64,000 nt of DNA from an uncultured delta proteobacterium (GTDB lineage Bacteria > Desulfobacterota > Desulfomonilia > Desulfomonilales > Desulfomonilaceae): the NCBI GenBank assembly GCA_963789265.1, contig CAWBKB010000001.1, forward strand, positions 352,001 through 416,000, read 5' to 3'. A model generated the notes under the pieces. That model was given only the letters and a program-made list of their open reading frames with translations. It was not told where the DNA came from and did not search any database. The position numbers and the translations under genes are program-made. Numbering within the stretch: position 1 is the first letter of the stretch; each line of letters starts with the position of its first letter. Positions 29,210 through 40,102 of the stretch are shown here, one piece after another.

Positions 29210-31616
29210 ATGGGAAAATCCTGCACGATCATAGTAATTGGGGCCACGTTTCTCCTTGTAGCGGGTGTGTGGACACTTAAGCAGGGTGCCATAGCCACAG
29301 CAGGAGAGATCTCCCGCACCACGTCTTCATCGCAAGGTTATACCGGCTCGTCCAGTTGCCGGAAATGCCACGAGAAGTTTTATCAGTTGTGGGCGCCTTC
29401 GCACCATGGGTTGGCCTTGCAGCCCTATACTGCCGAATTGGCCCGCAACAAGCTCTCCCCCCAGGCGGAAGACATAGTCATCGGAGACTTTAGCTATCAT
29501 GCGGACATCACGGGCCGAGACCGGTTGGGTTGTTGAACGCGGGCCTGAAGGTGAAAAGAAGTACAGGATCGAGCACGCGATGGGCGGCAAAAATGTCTAC
29601 TATTTTCTCACCGCTCTGGATCGCGGACGCCTTCAGACTCTGCCCGTAGCTTACGACGTGAACAAGAAAGAATGGTTCGACATGGCTGCCAGCGGAGTGC
29701 GCCACTTCCCTGGGCACACCGATGAACCCATAAACTGGAAGGACTGGCAGTACACTTTCAACACGGCCTGTTACGCATGCCATGTAAGCCAAGTTTCAAC
29801 AAACTATGACCTCAAGACGGATACGTACCATACAGTCTGGAAAGAGCCCGGAATAAACTGCGAGACCTGCCACGGACCTGCCCGCGAGCACATTCGCGTC
29901 TGTGAAGCCGCGCCAAAGGGGACCGTTCCAAAGGATCTGAAAATCACACGAGGCGGCAGAGATTTCACCCACAAACAGAACAACGCGACATGTTCAAGCT
30001 GTCATGCCAAGGCGGTCGTGCTGACCACCACGTTCAAACCGGGGGACAAATTCTTCGACCATTTTGGTTTGGTAACGCTCGAAAACCAGGACTATTACCC
30101 TGATGGCCGTGATCTGGGAGAGAACTATACGTATACCTCGTGGCTCATGAGCCCATGTGTGAAGTCCGGTAAGCTCGATTGCCTGAACTGCCACACATCC
30201 AGTGGCCGGTACAAGTTCAAGGCAGACGATAAGGCTAACCAGGCGTGCATGCCTTGCCATAAGGACAAGGTCAGCAATCCGACTGAGCACACGCGCCACA
30301 AAGTCGACAGCCGGGGAAGCAAGTGCATCGCTTGCCACATGCCCACAACGGAGTTTGCTCGCATGCGAAGGACCGACCATTCCATGCTTCCACCGGCTCC
30401 GGCGGCCACGACAGCTTTTGAATCACCTAACGCTTGTAATCTCTGCCACAAGGACAAGACTCCCCAGTGGGCCGACGAATGGGTTCGCAAATGGCGCAAG
30501 CGAGATTATCAGGCGGCAGTGCTTCAACGAGCAGGGCTGATCGCCGCGGCACGCAGAGGTGACTGGAGCAAGCTCCCGGAGATGCTCGACTACGTGACGA
30601 GCAAAGATCGTGACGAGATCTTTGCGAAGTCGCTCATTCGCCTTTTCCCGGCTTCCGCAGACCCGCGGGTGGTGCCGGTGCTGCTCAAGGCGATCAAGGA
30701 CTCCTCACCGCTCGTACGTGCTGCAACCGTTCAAGCTCTGCAAAACGTTCCTACGAAAGAATCTGTGCAGGCTCGGGTAGAGGCGGCCGGAGATGAGTAT
30801 CGCCTTGTTCGCGTCCGTGCGGCAGCGTCGCTTGCCGGTTATAGGAACCTCCCGGTGCCGTATGCGGACAACAAAAAAGTCGAAGCTGCAAACAAGGAGT
30901 ACCTGGCTTCGATCCTATCAAGGCCGGATCAGTGGGATTCCCATTACAATCTGGGCAACTACTATCTAGATCGCGGCAATTTTAAGCAAGCAGTTGCCTC
31001 GTATGGGACAGCGCTCAAGATGGAGCCCCGCGGCGTTCTGGCCATGGTCAACGAAGCAATGGCGTATGTCCGTATGGGAGAAAACCAAAAGGCTGTTGAG
31101 GCTTTGCAAGATGCACTGAAGGTAGCTCCCGACAACGCTGCCGCGAATTTTAACATGGGCCTGCTCAAGGCCGAGGAGAATGATCTCGTCACGGCAGAGA
31201 AGCACCTTCGAGCAGCTTTCAAGTCCGATCCTCAGATGGCTCAAGCAGCGTACAACCTCGGCGTAATTCTCTCGAAGGATCGTCTCGACGAAGCAGTAGA
31301 CTTCTGCCGAAAAGCTGCGGAACTCCGGCCGGATCAGCCCAAGTACGCCTTTACTCTGGCTTTCTATCAGCAACAGCAGGGAGACCTTCCTGGCGCTGCC
31401 CGCGTACTGGAGGGCCTCATCACTAAATATCCGGCCTATGCCGATGCGTATGTGCTCCTCGGTGGAATCTATGAAAGGCAGGGGAAAAAGGCCGACGCCC
31501 AGGAAGTGTACAACAAGGCGCTGGCGGCCGACGGCATACCGGACCAGTACAAGGTTCGCATGAAAATGGGCCTGGAAGCCCTGAGGAGGGCCTCTACAGA
31601 CGCGCGAGGGAAGTGA
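29210..31616 (+). CDS. Octaheme cytochrome c with HEAT and TPR repeats; frameshift near 29516
   Basis: CRKCH, CYACH, CETCH, CSSCH, CLNCH, CMPCH, CIACH, CNLCH; DSSPLVRA HEAT-like segment; YNLG-type TPRs. Confidence 0.85.
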
Positions 31617-31763
31617 TTTGTTCCACAACTTCATTTGAGTAAATTCGACAGGAAGGAGGTGAGGAAAAAGGTACAAGAACATTAATGGTCGAATGTTGAA
31701 GATCGTAGGAAATTGATATCCAGACCTTGCTCTTGAGCAAAGTTACGAAAGGACGAGAAAATA

Positions 31764-33437
31764 ATGCGAAGACAACGAATTACAGTAATGGCCTTTGCCG
31801 CAATTTGTCTTGTTCTGGCTTTCATGGCGGCCGAAACGTTTGCGGCAGACAAGAAGCCGAACATCATCATGCTCATGACCGACGATACCGGCTGGAATGA
31901 TTTTGGTTGCTATTCGGGTGGGGGCGCGGCCCTCGGCCATCCGACACCAAACGTAGATCGCATGGCCAAGGAAGGTGCTGTTTTTACCTGCTGGTACGGC
32001 CAGGCGAGCTGCACGGCTGGCCGCGCGTCATTCATTACCGGGCGTATTCCAATCCGCTCAGCGCTCTCGGTCGTGGTGGCGCCGGGCGACCGGAACTTCC
32101 TCAGAAAGGAAACTCCGACTATCGCCGAATTCTTCAAGAAGAACGGCTACCAGACGTACTTCTCGGGCAAGTGGCACCTGGGAGACACGCCTGTGGCCTA
32201 TCCGATCGAGCACGGGTTCGACGAGATGAAGGCCTTTGCTGCGTACTATCCAGGCGTATACACCTATAGCAATACCTCGACGTGGTTTCACCCCTGGTTC
32301 CCGTCCTTCAACAAGGAATACGCAAAGGCGTATTTCGAGGTCGTAAACATGTTCGAGTGGGAGGGCGTTGCCGGCAAGCCTGCCAAGAAGGTAGCGGAAA
32401 TCAACTGGGATTACCTGGCTAACTTTGACGTTCGCCAGGCTGATTTCGCTATCGAGTACATTAAGAAGCATTCGAAGGACAGCAAGCCGTTCTTTATGGA
32501 CATTAACTTTATGAAGATGCACAACCCTAACAACCCGGCTCCAAAATTCGCGGGCAAGAGTCGCCTGGGCCGGTACTCCGATTCCATGCTGGAACTCGAT
32601 GACAACATCGGCCGAATCATGGATGTCATCCGTGCTGAAGCCCCTAACACGATCGTCATTCTGACCGCGGACAACGGCGCGTGGCAGGACGCCTGGCCAG
32701 ATGCCGGGACTATTCCGTTCCGCGGAGAAAAAGGCACGCCATTTGAAGCCGGATTCCGAGTCCCGGGCCTGATGTGGTGGCCGAAGCATATCCCGGCGGA
32801 TGCACGGTACCACGAGATGATGTCCCATATCGACTGCTGGGCGACGCTGGCTACCATGGCCGGACTGACACCTCCGCCGCACGGCGCGTGGCAAGACAAT
32901 AACGGCAAGCCAATCTACTTTGACAGCATCGATAACAGCGCGTACATCCTTGGCAAGGCGAAACACTCCGCCCGCAAATCGTGGATCTATATCAACGGCG
33001 AGGCGCTCGGGGCCGTACGGGCGGACATTGGCGACGATCCCGCCAACCCCGACCTGAACATTGCGTGGAAGTACGTGTTCACGTCAAAGGATACGTGGCT
33101 TGGCCCGACCTTGAATTCGGGCGGTATCGGTGCGCTTTACAACCTCACGATGGATCCGTTCGAGAAGTACGACATGATCTTCAACGGAGCGGTCGCCACA
33201 CGGTCAACGACGACCTCGCCGGGCCGATATGCGGGGATGGATAACGGCTGGGCCTTATCGCTTATCCAGCCGGTCCTCATGGAGTTCGACAAATCCATCG
33301 TGGACTTCCCGAGTATCAAGCGGTTCCCGGGAGGTGCTTCCAACGATCAGATCCCGAATCTGCAGAACCCGGCTAATCCGGTACCGTTGCTGGATATGAA
33401 GAACCCCCCAAAGGTAATGGGCGGTATGGAGGACTAG
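31764..33437 (+). CDS. Arylsulfatase (Cys-type)
   Basis: Signal peptide; MTDD; CTAGR; GKWHLG; DNG. Confidence 0.88.
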   Translation: MRRQRITVMAFAAICLVLAFMAAETFAADKKPNIIMLMTDDTGWNDFGCYSGGGAALGHPTPNVDRMAKEGAVFTCWYGQASCTAGRASFITGRIPIRSALSVVVAPGDRNFLRKETPTIAEFFKKNGYQTYFSGKWHLGDTPVAYPIEHGFDEMKAFAAYYPGVYTYSNTSTWFHPWFPSFNKEYAKAYFEVVNMFEWEGVAGKPAKKVAEINWDYLANFDVRQADFAIEYIKKHSKDSKPFFMDINFMKMHNPNNPAPKFAGKSRLGRYSDSMLELDDNIGRIMDVIRAEAPNTIVILTADNGAWQDAWPDAGTIPFRGEKGTPFEAGFRVPGLMWWPKHIPADARYHEMMSHIDCWATLATMAGLTPPPHGAWQDNNGKPIYFDSIDNSAYILGKAKHSARKSWIYINGEALGAVRADIGDDPANPDLNIAWKYVFTSKDTWLGPTLNSGGIGALYNLTMDPFEKYDMIFNGAVATRSTTTSPGRYAGMDNGWALSLIQPVLMEFDKSIVDFPSIKRFPGGASNDQIPNLQNPANPVPLLDMKNPPKVMGGMED

Positions 33438-33462
33438 CTACCGTTAGCTTGATTTAAAGGTA

Positions 33463-33498
33463 ACTTAGCGGGCGGTCCGCAAGGGCTGCCCGCTAAGT
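33463..33498 (+). terminator. GC-rich hairpin with GCAA tetraloop
   Basis: acttagcgggcggtcc-gcaa-gggctgcccgctaagt after the sulfatase stop; weak U-tract. Confidence 0.55.
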
Positions 33499-33570
33499 GT
33501 CCGTTTTGGCACTGCACTTGTCCGAAGCAATTCATTTAGGGCTGCATATCCCCGCAGAGAAGTCAGAAAG

Positions 33571-34029
33571 ATGATGCGCGTCTTTGTGCTTCTGTCTCTC
33601 GCCCTGCTGGCGTGTTTCTCACTCGAGCCGCAAGGATCACCAGCCGGCAATCCCTCGCTGGAAGGGAGCAGTGCAAAAGATTCTTCAACAGAAGGTCAAC
33701 AGGCTCAAAGTCCGAGGGAGTTTATAGAATCTCGTTTGGGTGGCAAGATAATAAAACTCGAAAGAGATCCTGAGGCATTGCTGAGGGCCGTGTTGTTCGT
33801 CGAACGAAACGGCTCCGTCACCCAACACGTATTGAAAGTAGGCCTGAACTCCAAGACAGATCTGCGGGAGGTGAGGATCGTAACGCCCAACGGGAACTCG
33901 ATAGGGGTCCCACCGTTGGTCGTTATGCCTCGGTCGCTGGTCTCTCCGTGCTGGTCCCGTTGCAAGGACAAATGCGGTCAAGGCACTGATTGTCTTGTGG
34001 CATGCTTGTTTGATTGCATTGTCGATTGA
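33571..34029 (+). CDS. Small secreted protein with C-terminal Cx3Cx3Cx5Cx3Cx3C motif (copy 1)
   Basis: Signal peptide or lipobox-like LLAC; paralog of 39620-40090. Confidence 0.75.
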   Translation: MMRVFVLLSLALLACFSLEPQGSPAGNPSLEGSSAKDSSTEGQQAQSPREFIESRLGGKIIKLERDPEALLRAVLFVERNGSVTQHVLKVGLNSKTDLREVRIVTPNGNSIGVPPLVVMPRSLVSPCWSRCKDKCGQGTDCLVACLFDCIVD

Positions 34030-34156
34030 GATCATGTGAGGGGTGAGCGTCTTCGGGGGCGCTCACTTCTCTGTGATCATTCCACGGCTGCTGCGAGGGA
34101 GGCTGCCAAGACTCCTCGCAGTTGCATTAGACTGTGATAGTGAAAGGAGGATATTT

Positions 34157-35761
34157 ATGGACTTGGCTAAACTGGCAAGAGTTCCTCTGCTCGCCGGACT
34201 GATTGTCCTCAGCTCCTGCCTGGCATTAGGTCCCGCGCTCGCGCAAGAAAAGAAAGCTCAGCCAGCCTCGGCTGATGCCAAGAAACCGAACATTGTCATG
34301 ATCATGACCGATGATGTCGGCTGGGGCGATCTGGGCTGTTACGGGGGAGGAGTGATGCGGGGCGCGCCCACTCCCAATCTGGATCGTCTGGCGGCCGAAG
34401 GGATGCGCTTCGTCAACTACTACGGTCAGGCCAGTTGCACCGCAGGCCGAGCTTCGTTCATCACGGGCCGGATCCCCATCCGGACTTCTCTGTCCTCCGT
34501 CCTAGTCCCGGGGGACCCCAACGGCCTGACCAAAAAGACCCCCACCATCGCACAGTATCTGAAACGGGCAGGGTACACGACGGTGCAACTGGGCAAGTGG
34601 CACCTCGGCGACCGGCCGGAGAATTTTCCCACCGCCAACGGATTTGACGAGATGTATTACATGCTCCCTTATTACGCGGGGGTTTATGCCTACGACTACC
34701 TGCCGCTGCACCCCAACTTCCCGGCAAAAGATGCGAAGTTCATGGCAGCGTGGAACAAAATGAATTTGGCCATGTGGGAAGGAAAGGCGGGAGAACCACC
34801 CAAAATTGTGAAGAAAAAGTTCGGTTACAAGGACTTGGCGACCGGGGATGACGATATGCGGTCCAAGGCTATCCAATGGATCAAGCAGCACGCCAAGGAC
34901 CCCAAACCATTTTTCCTCTATCTCTGCTTCCAGAAGGTACACAACCCCAACAATCCTTCCCCGCGCTGGAAAGGTAAGTCTCCCGGTGGCGGCAATTACC
35001 TTGATGCGCTCATGGAACTTGATGACAACTCGGGCCAGGTCGTTCAGGCGATTCGGGATCTGGGCATCGCTGAAAACACCATTGTCATCTGGACCACGGA
35101 CAATGGCGCATGGATTGACGCTTGGCCCGATGCGGGGTACACGCCGTTTCGCGGAATGAAGGGATCATCATTCGAAGGTGGGTTCCGGGTACCGGCAATC
35201 GCCTGGTGGCCGGGAAAGATCAAGGCTGGTTCCGTGAACACGGACATGTTTTCCCACATGGATTGGTGGCCGACCCTAAGCCGGATTATAGGCATAGAGC
35301 CCCCGCCTAGAGAGTGGAAGGATAACGAAGGTCAACCCATAATTTTCGACGGGATCGATCTCAGCGATTCGCTGCTCGGCAAGGGCCCGGGCAAGCGCGA
35401 GACATTTATCTTCTTCAACGACCAATCCTTCGGCGGGGTTCGTGTGAAGAATTTCAAGGCGCTCTGGACGGCCAAAGACACCTGGCTCGGACCGGATCTC
35501 TTCATGAAGACCCCCGCGATCTATGACCTCCGCTGGGACCCCGGCGAGCAGTACGACATGCTTTTCAACGGAGCCGCTCCAACGCGTGGGGACCTGAAGT
35601 CCTCACCTGGCCGGTTCTCCGGTTCCGATAACGGCTGGATCGCGTTGTTTGTCGGAAGTTTTGCCGCGCCGTTCTTCGAGGAGCTCAAAAAGTTCCCGAA
35701 CATTCCCTATAAACCGTACGGGCCGGGTTTCACCGAGATCATTCCGCGTCAGTACAAGTAG
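34157..35761 (+). CDS. Arylsulfatase (Cys-type), paralog of 31764-33437
   Basis: AAGGAGG RBS; MTDD; CTAGR; GKWHLG; DAWPD. Confidence 0.88.
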   Translation: MDLAKLARVPLLAGLIVLSSCLALGPALAQEKKAQPASADAKKPNIVMIMTDDVGWGDLGCYGGGVMRGAPTPNLDRLAAEGMRFVNYYGQASCTAGRASFITGRIPIRTSLSSVLVPGDPNGLTKKTPTIAQYLKRAGYTTVQLGKWHLGDRPENFPTANGFDEMYYMLPYYAGVYAYDYLPLHPNFPAKDAKFMAAWNKMNLAMWEGKAGEPPKIVKKKFGYKDLATGDDDMRSKAIQWIKQHAKDPKPFFLYLCFQKVHNPNNPSPRWKGKSPGGGNYLDALMELDDNSGQVVQAIRDLGIAENTIVIWTTDNGAWIDAWPDAGYTPFRGMKGSSFEGGFRVPAIAWWPGKIKAGSVNTDMFSHMDWWPTLSRIIGIEPPPREWKDNEGQPIIFDGIDLSDSLLGKGPGKRETFIFFNDQSFGGVRVKNFKALWTAKDTWLGPDLFMKTPAIYDLRWDPGEQYDMLFNGAAPTRGDLKSSPGRFSGSDNGWIALFVGSFAAPFFEELKKFPNIPYKPYGPGFTEIIPRQYK

Positions 35762-35880
35762 GTCTAACGGCTCCGAGCTGACTGCATTCGGGGCAACGGA
35801 CGCTTTGCAACCATACTGTCCATCGTCGGGGAGCAAATCTTTCCCGACGATGGTCTTGCGGATATCCCGCCATCGACAGG

Positions 35881-36903
35881 ATGAACGTCATGAGACCGCT
35901 GCATATTAAGTTGACCACCACGTTGCTGGCGTTCTGGTTCATTGCCACAGTCCAGGCCGCGGACCCTTTGCTATCGTGGAATGACGGACAGGCCAAGCAA
36001 GCGATTATTCAGTTCGTGAAGGACACCACCGACAAGTCCGGTCCCAAGTACGTCCCTCCCGAAGACCGCATCGCCACCTTTGACCAGGACGGCACCCTGT
36101 GGGTGGAGCATCCAATGTACACACAGATGATCTACTGCCTGGAACAAGTCCCGGCGGTGGCCAAGGCTAAGCCTGAACTGGCCAACGTTGAGCCGTTCAA
36201 GACCGTGCTGTCCGGTGACAAGAAAGCGATTGCGAGGTTCACGAAGAAGGACTTTGAGAAGATCCTCGCGGCCACGCTCACCGGAATGACCGTGGATGAG
36301 TTCAACGCCGAAGTGAAGAAGTGGATCCTAATGGCCAAGCACCCGCGCTGGAATCGCCCCTACACCGAACTGGTCTATCAGCCGATGCTCGAATTGATGC
36401 AGTACTTGCGTGCCAACGGGTACAAGACTTACATCGTCACCGGCGGAGCCCAGGACTTTGTGCGCGTCTACTCCGAGGAGGCGTACGGTGTTCCACCCGA
36501 GCAGGTGGTGGGCACCGCAGGTAGGACGAATTACGGTTACGCGAAGGATGGCAGGCCGACACTCACGAAAGAGCCCAAACTCCTACTCAACGACGATAAC
36601 GCCGGCAAGCCCGAGGGAATTCACCTTATGATAGGCCGCCGGCCCCACGCTGCGTTCGGTAACTCGGACGGCGACCGGCAGATGCTTGAGTACACGAAGG
36701 CCGGCGGCGGGGCGCGGTTGTCGATGATTGTGCTGCACGACGATGCGAAGCGCGAGTATGCTTACGGACCGGCCCGAGGGCTGCCTGATACCAAGGTGGG
36801 CACTTTTACACCGGCGCTGTATGACGAAGCCAACAATAAGGGCTGGATCGTGATCAGTATGAAGAAAGACTGGAAGGTCATCTTTCGGTTCGAGATGAAA
36901 TGA
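35881..36903 (+). CDS. Exported HAD-family hydrolase/phosphatase
   Basis: Signal peptide; FDQDGTLW; VTGG; GK; GNSDGD. Confidence 0.85.
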   Translation: MNVMRPLHIKLTTTLLAFWFIATVQAADPLLSWNDGQAKQAIIQFVKDTTDKSGPKYVPPEDRIATFDQDGTLWVEHPMYTQMIYCLEQVPAVAKAKPELANVEPFKTVLSGDKKAIARFTKKDFEKILAATLTGMTVDEFNAEVKKWILMAKHPRWNRPYTELVYQPMLELMQYLRANGYKTYIVTGGAQDFVRVYSEEAYGVPPEQVVGTAGRTNYGYAKDGRPTLTKEPKLLLNDDNAGKPEGIHLMIGRRPHAAFGNSDGDRQMLEYTKAGGGARLSMIVLHDDAKREYAYGPARGLPDTKVGTFTPALYDEANNKGWIVISMKKDWKVIFRFEMK

Positions 36904-39587
36904 GAACTGGATTTTACATGAAACGTTTCCTGAAAACAAGTCTGAAAATTTATGAGCACGAGGTTACACGGTTCACGTGGCTTGCGGTGATCTTCTTTGC
37001 AGTCTTCTTCGTGACGGCGATCTTCCGCAACTACGTGGATACGGCATTTCTCAAGCGGTACGGGCCCAATTACATACCTTGGATGCTGGTAATAGGTGCT
37101 CTTCTGACTATGGTCGTGCTGGGTTTTGCCGATCGCATTGCGAAACGCTTTACGGACACGTATCTGATGACCCTTGTTTTGGCGGGATACGCGGCAAGTG
37201 TTACTTTATGCTGGCTCATGGTCAAGTCCAAATTCACCATCGTTTACCCGATCCTTTACCAGTTCATGGTGTTGCTGGACTCCATATTGCTCGTTTACCT
37301 CTGGAACATAGCCGGCGACTTGTTCGACGCTCGCCAGGGAAAGCGAATTTTTCCGCTTGTGACCGCAGCCCAAGTCTTGGGAACCACGGTCGGCAGTTTT
37401 CTGACCAAGCCGATCACCATTACCATTGGAGAAGATGCAGCGCTTTTGGTCTTTGCAGTGGTCTTTTTTCTCACCGCGCTCTTCATGGTCAAGACTAGCC
37501 GGAACATCGTAGGGGAACCCAAGCCGAAAAAAACTGCTGCCGACACGAGCGTGGAGAAGAAACGTCTGGCCGAAGTTCCCGGCATTATGAAGCAATTCCC
37601 CATAGTTCGCTATCTAATCATTTGCGGATTGATTCCCAACATACTCTTGCCCATATTCTCCTACCAGTTTAGCGTGATCGCCAATCACAGCTTTGCTTCC
37701 GAACAGAGCCTGATCACTTTTCTCAGTGTGTTCCGAGGATCAACCACCCTAGTCACTTTTGTGATCCTCTTTTTCGTGGGACGCCTGTATACGAGGATGG
37801 GGTTGCCGAATGCGTCACTGGTTCATCCCATTAACTTTACAATTACGTTTGGGGCTCTTACCGCCTTTTTCAATATTTACGCGGCGGCTTACGGCCAGTT
37901 CACCGCTATCCTAATCCAGCGGGCCATCTCAGGACCGGTGAACAAGATCCTTTTCAGCGTTGTTCCAAAAGCACTCGCTTCCTGGAGCCGAACCTTCATC
38001 AGGGGCACGGTGCTCAAGATCGGTATGCTTACCGGTTCCTTGCTTATGATTTTTCTGAAACCGGTCATGACACCCCGGGACTTCGCTTACATTGCGGTGG
38101 TCCTTGCCGCTTACTGGGTGTTTGAGACTCTCGTGTTCAGAAAAGAGTACAAACGCATACTCAAGCAGGTTATCGTTGCTGGGAAAATCGATTATGACCA
38201 GATCGAGGCAGTTCGTACCTTCGATGCGGGTGGTGCTCCCATGGGACTTGAATCTCACGCAGTTGAAAGGCCTCTGGAAGAAAGAGCCGAAGAGGAAGCG
38301 AAGCCTCCTGCCCACATGGCTCCGGATTTGGCGTTGAAAATGTTGGACGACTCCAGTCCTAGCGTTCGTATCGAGGCTGCCCTTGCCCTGGCCGTGAATC
38401 CTGACATGAGGGCGGTGAGAAAGCTCATCAAATGTCTGGAAGACCTGGACGACAAGGTTCGAGCCGCCGGGATAGATGCACTCATCGCTTATCCGCGGGA
38501 TATCCTTCCATCTTTGGAGACCTCTCTCCTGGACGCGAGTCCGAGGGGAAAGCAGACCATTCTTGAGGTTATCCGATTATCGCCGAGCATCAGCGATTTC
38601 GAGATGGCCCACCTGTTGGGCCGATCCGTCGAGGAGGCATATGGAAACCTCATTGTGATCAGGCGATTGCAGAGACTGGAACAGCATCCGAGTGTCCAAA
38701 TGCTGAACCAGCACCTTCTGGCGCGAAATGAAGAGATTCTCGGGCTCCTGTTCTATGGCTTGTGGGTTTATCACGCTGACATGCGGCTCATGTACCAGGC
38801 TCTCAAATCTGAGAACGCCTCGGTCGCAATAGAAATGGTCGAGACCTCGATCAGAGGGCAAAACCTTCCCTACCTCATACCCCTCATCGACGACTTACCG
38901 CTGGACGAAAAGATCCAGAAAGGACGCAAGCTTTTCAATCTGGTCTCCAGAGACGATGTGGAGCTACTTCTCACCCAGCTTGCCCATTCGGAAGACCGGT
39001 TCACCAGGATACTGGCCGTCTACGTCATGGGCGATCTCTTGCCCAATCCGGCTTTCATACCGGTGATCGAATCCCGCTTGGAAGACGAGGATCCTTTTGT
39101 GCGGCAGGTTGCGGAATATGCAGCGGCCAAAGCCATGGGAAAGGAGGCTCAAATGCCTGACATAATTGACATCATCAATAAATTAAAGATGTTTTCCCTT
39201 TTTCAGGGACTGGGCAACAGAGAACTCCATGCCATCGCCTCTGTTGCGATGCCACAACAATTGCACGCCGGGGATATCATTATCAGGGCCGGAGAGGATA
39301 ATCCATCCATTTATCTGGTGCTCTCGGGCAAGATCGTCATTTACCAGGATTACGAGACGCCTCAGCAGAAGGAAGTCAGGACGACGGAGGCGGACGGGTA
39401 CCTCAACTTTGTGCCGATGTTTACCAATCTCCCGCCTGCGAACACTTCAGTGGTAATAGAGGATGCTGAGGTACTGGTGCTTCCCCAGGGTCAACTCCAT
39501 GAGATCATGAGGGTGTATCCACAAATCGGCCTAAACATGCTGAAACTTGCGGCCATGATATTCAGGCAATTGGGCTATACGGCTTAA
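36900..39587 (+). CDS. NTT/TLC-like (ATP/ADP translocase-type MFS) membrane domain + HEAT repeats + cNMP-binding domain
   Basis: About 12 TM segments with DLFDARQGKRIFPL; HEAT repeats; C-terminal CAP-like domain; ATGA overlap with the HAD gene. Confidence 0.75.
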   Translation: MRTGFYMKRFLKTSLKIYEHEVTRFTWLAVIFFAVFFVTAIFRNYVDTAFLKRYGPNYIPWMLVIGALLTMVVLGFADRIAKRFTDTYLMTLVLAGYAASVTLCWLMVKSKFTIVYPILYQFMVLLDSILLVYLWNIAGDLFDARQGKRIFPLVTAAQVLGTTVGSFLTKPITITIGEDAALLVFAVVFFLTALFMVKTSRNIVGEPKPKKTAADTSVEKKRLAEVPGIMKQFPIVRYLIICGLIPNILLPIFSYQFSVIANHSFASEQSLITFLSVFRGSTTLVTFVILFFVGRLYTRMGLPNASLVHPINFTITFGALTAFFNIYAAAYGQFTAILIQRAISGPVNKILFSVVPKALASWSRTFIRGTVLKIGMLTGSLLMIFLKPVMTPRDFAYIAVVLAAYWVFETLVFRKEYKRILKQVIVAGKIDYDQIEAVRTFDAGGAPMGLESHAVERPLEERAEEEAKPPAHMAPDLALKMLDDSSPSVRIEAALALAVNPDMRAVRKLIKCLEDLDDKVRAAGIDALIAYPRDILPSLETSLLDASPRGKQTILEVIRLSPSISDFEMAHLLGRSVEEAYGNLIVIRRLQRLEQHPSVQMLNQHLLARNEEILGLLFYGLWVYHADMRLMYQALKSENASVAIEMVETSIRGQNLPYLIPLIDDLPLDEKIQKGRKLFNLVSRDDVELLLTQLAHSEDRFTRILAVYVMGDLLPNPAFIPVIESRLEDEDPFVRQVAEYAAAKAMGKEAQMPDIIDIINKLKMFSLFQGLGNRELHAIASVAMPQQLHAGDIIIRAGEDNPSIYLVLSGKIVIYQDYETPQQKEVRTTEADGYLNFVPMFTNLPPANTSVVIEDAEVLVLPQGQLHEIMRVYPQIGLNMLKLAAMIFRQLGYTA

Positions 39588-39619
39588 GACTTTCACTTAG
39601 TCGTGAGGAGTTCAAAAAG

Positions 39620-40090
39620 ATGCGTACTTATTTACTTCTTTCCGTTGCCCTGCTGACGACTGTCACGTTTCATGCCCAAGGCACATCGAACAACGATAAG
39701 TCTTCCGGGAGAAGCGTTGCAAAAGAGTCCTCGGCAGACCCTGAACAAGCTCAAAGTCCGAGGGAGTACATAGAATCTCGTTTGGGTGGCAAGATAATAA
39801 AACTCGAAAGAGATCCTGAGGCATTGCCGAGGGCCGTGTTGTTCGTCGAACGAAACGGCTCCGTCACCCGACACGTATTGAAGGTAGGCCTGAACTCCAA
39901 GACAGATCTGCGGGAGGTGAGGATTGTAACGCCCAATGCCGATAAGAGGGGATTCCCACCAGTGGTCGTAATCCCCCGGGCACTGATCTCCCCATGCTGG
40001 TTCCGTTGCAAGAACAAATGCGGCCTGGATACTCAGTGCCGCGTACGATGCTTGTTTGACTGCATTGTCTCTAAAGAAGCGGCAAAGTGA
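39620..40090 (+). CDS. Small secreted protein with C-terminal Cx3Cx3Cx5Cx3Cx3C motif (copy 2)
   Basis: GAGGAG RBS; signal peptide; paralog of 33571-34029. Confidence 0.75.
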   Translation: MRTYLLLSVALLTTVTFHAQGTSNNDKSSGRSVAKESSADPEQAQSPREYIESRLGGKIIKLERDPEALPRAVLFVERNGSVTRHVLKVGLNSKTDLREVRIVTPNADKRGFPPVVVIPRALISPCWFRCKNKCGLDTQCRVRCLFDCIVSKEAAK

Positions 40091-40102
40091 AAGGAGAAGT
40101 AT

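Noticed and set aside
33506..33521. Second sigma54 promoter TTGGCAC-N5-TTGT
   Set aside because: The conserved -12 GC is GT, and there is no equivalent before the paralog at 39620
33440..35860. Integron attC sites (gtctaac near 35762; hairpin at 33463)
   Set aside because: No properly paired RYYYAAC/GTTRRRY boxes, no repeated attC array and no integron integrase
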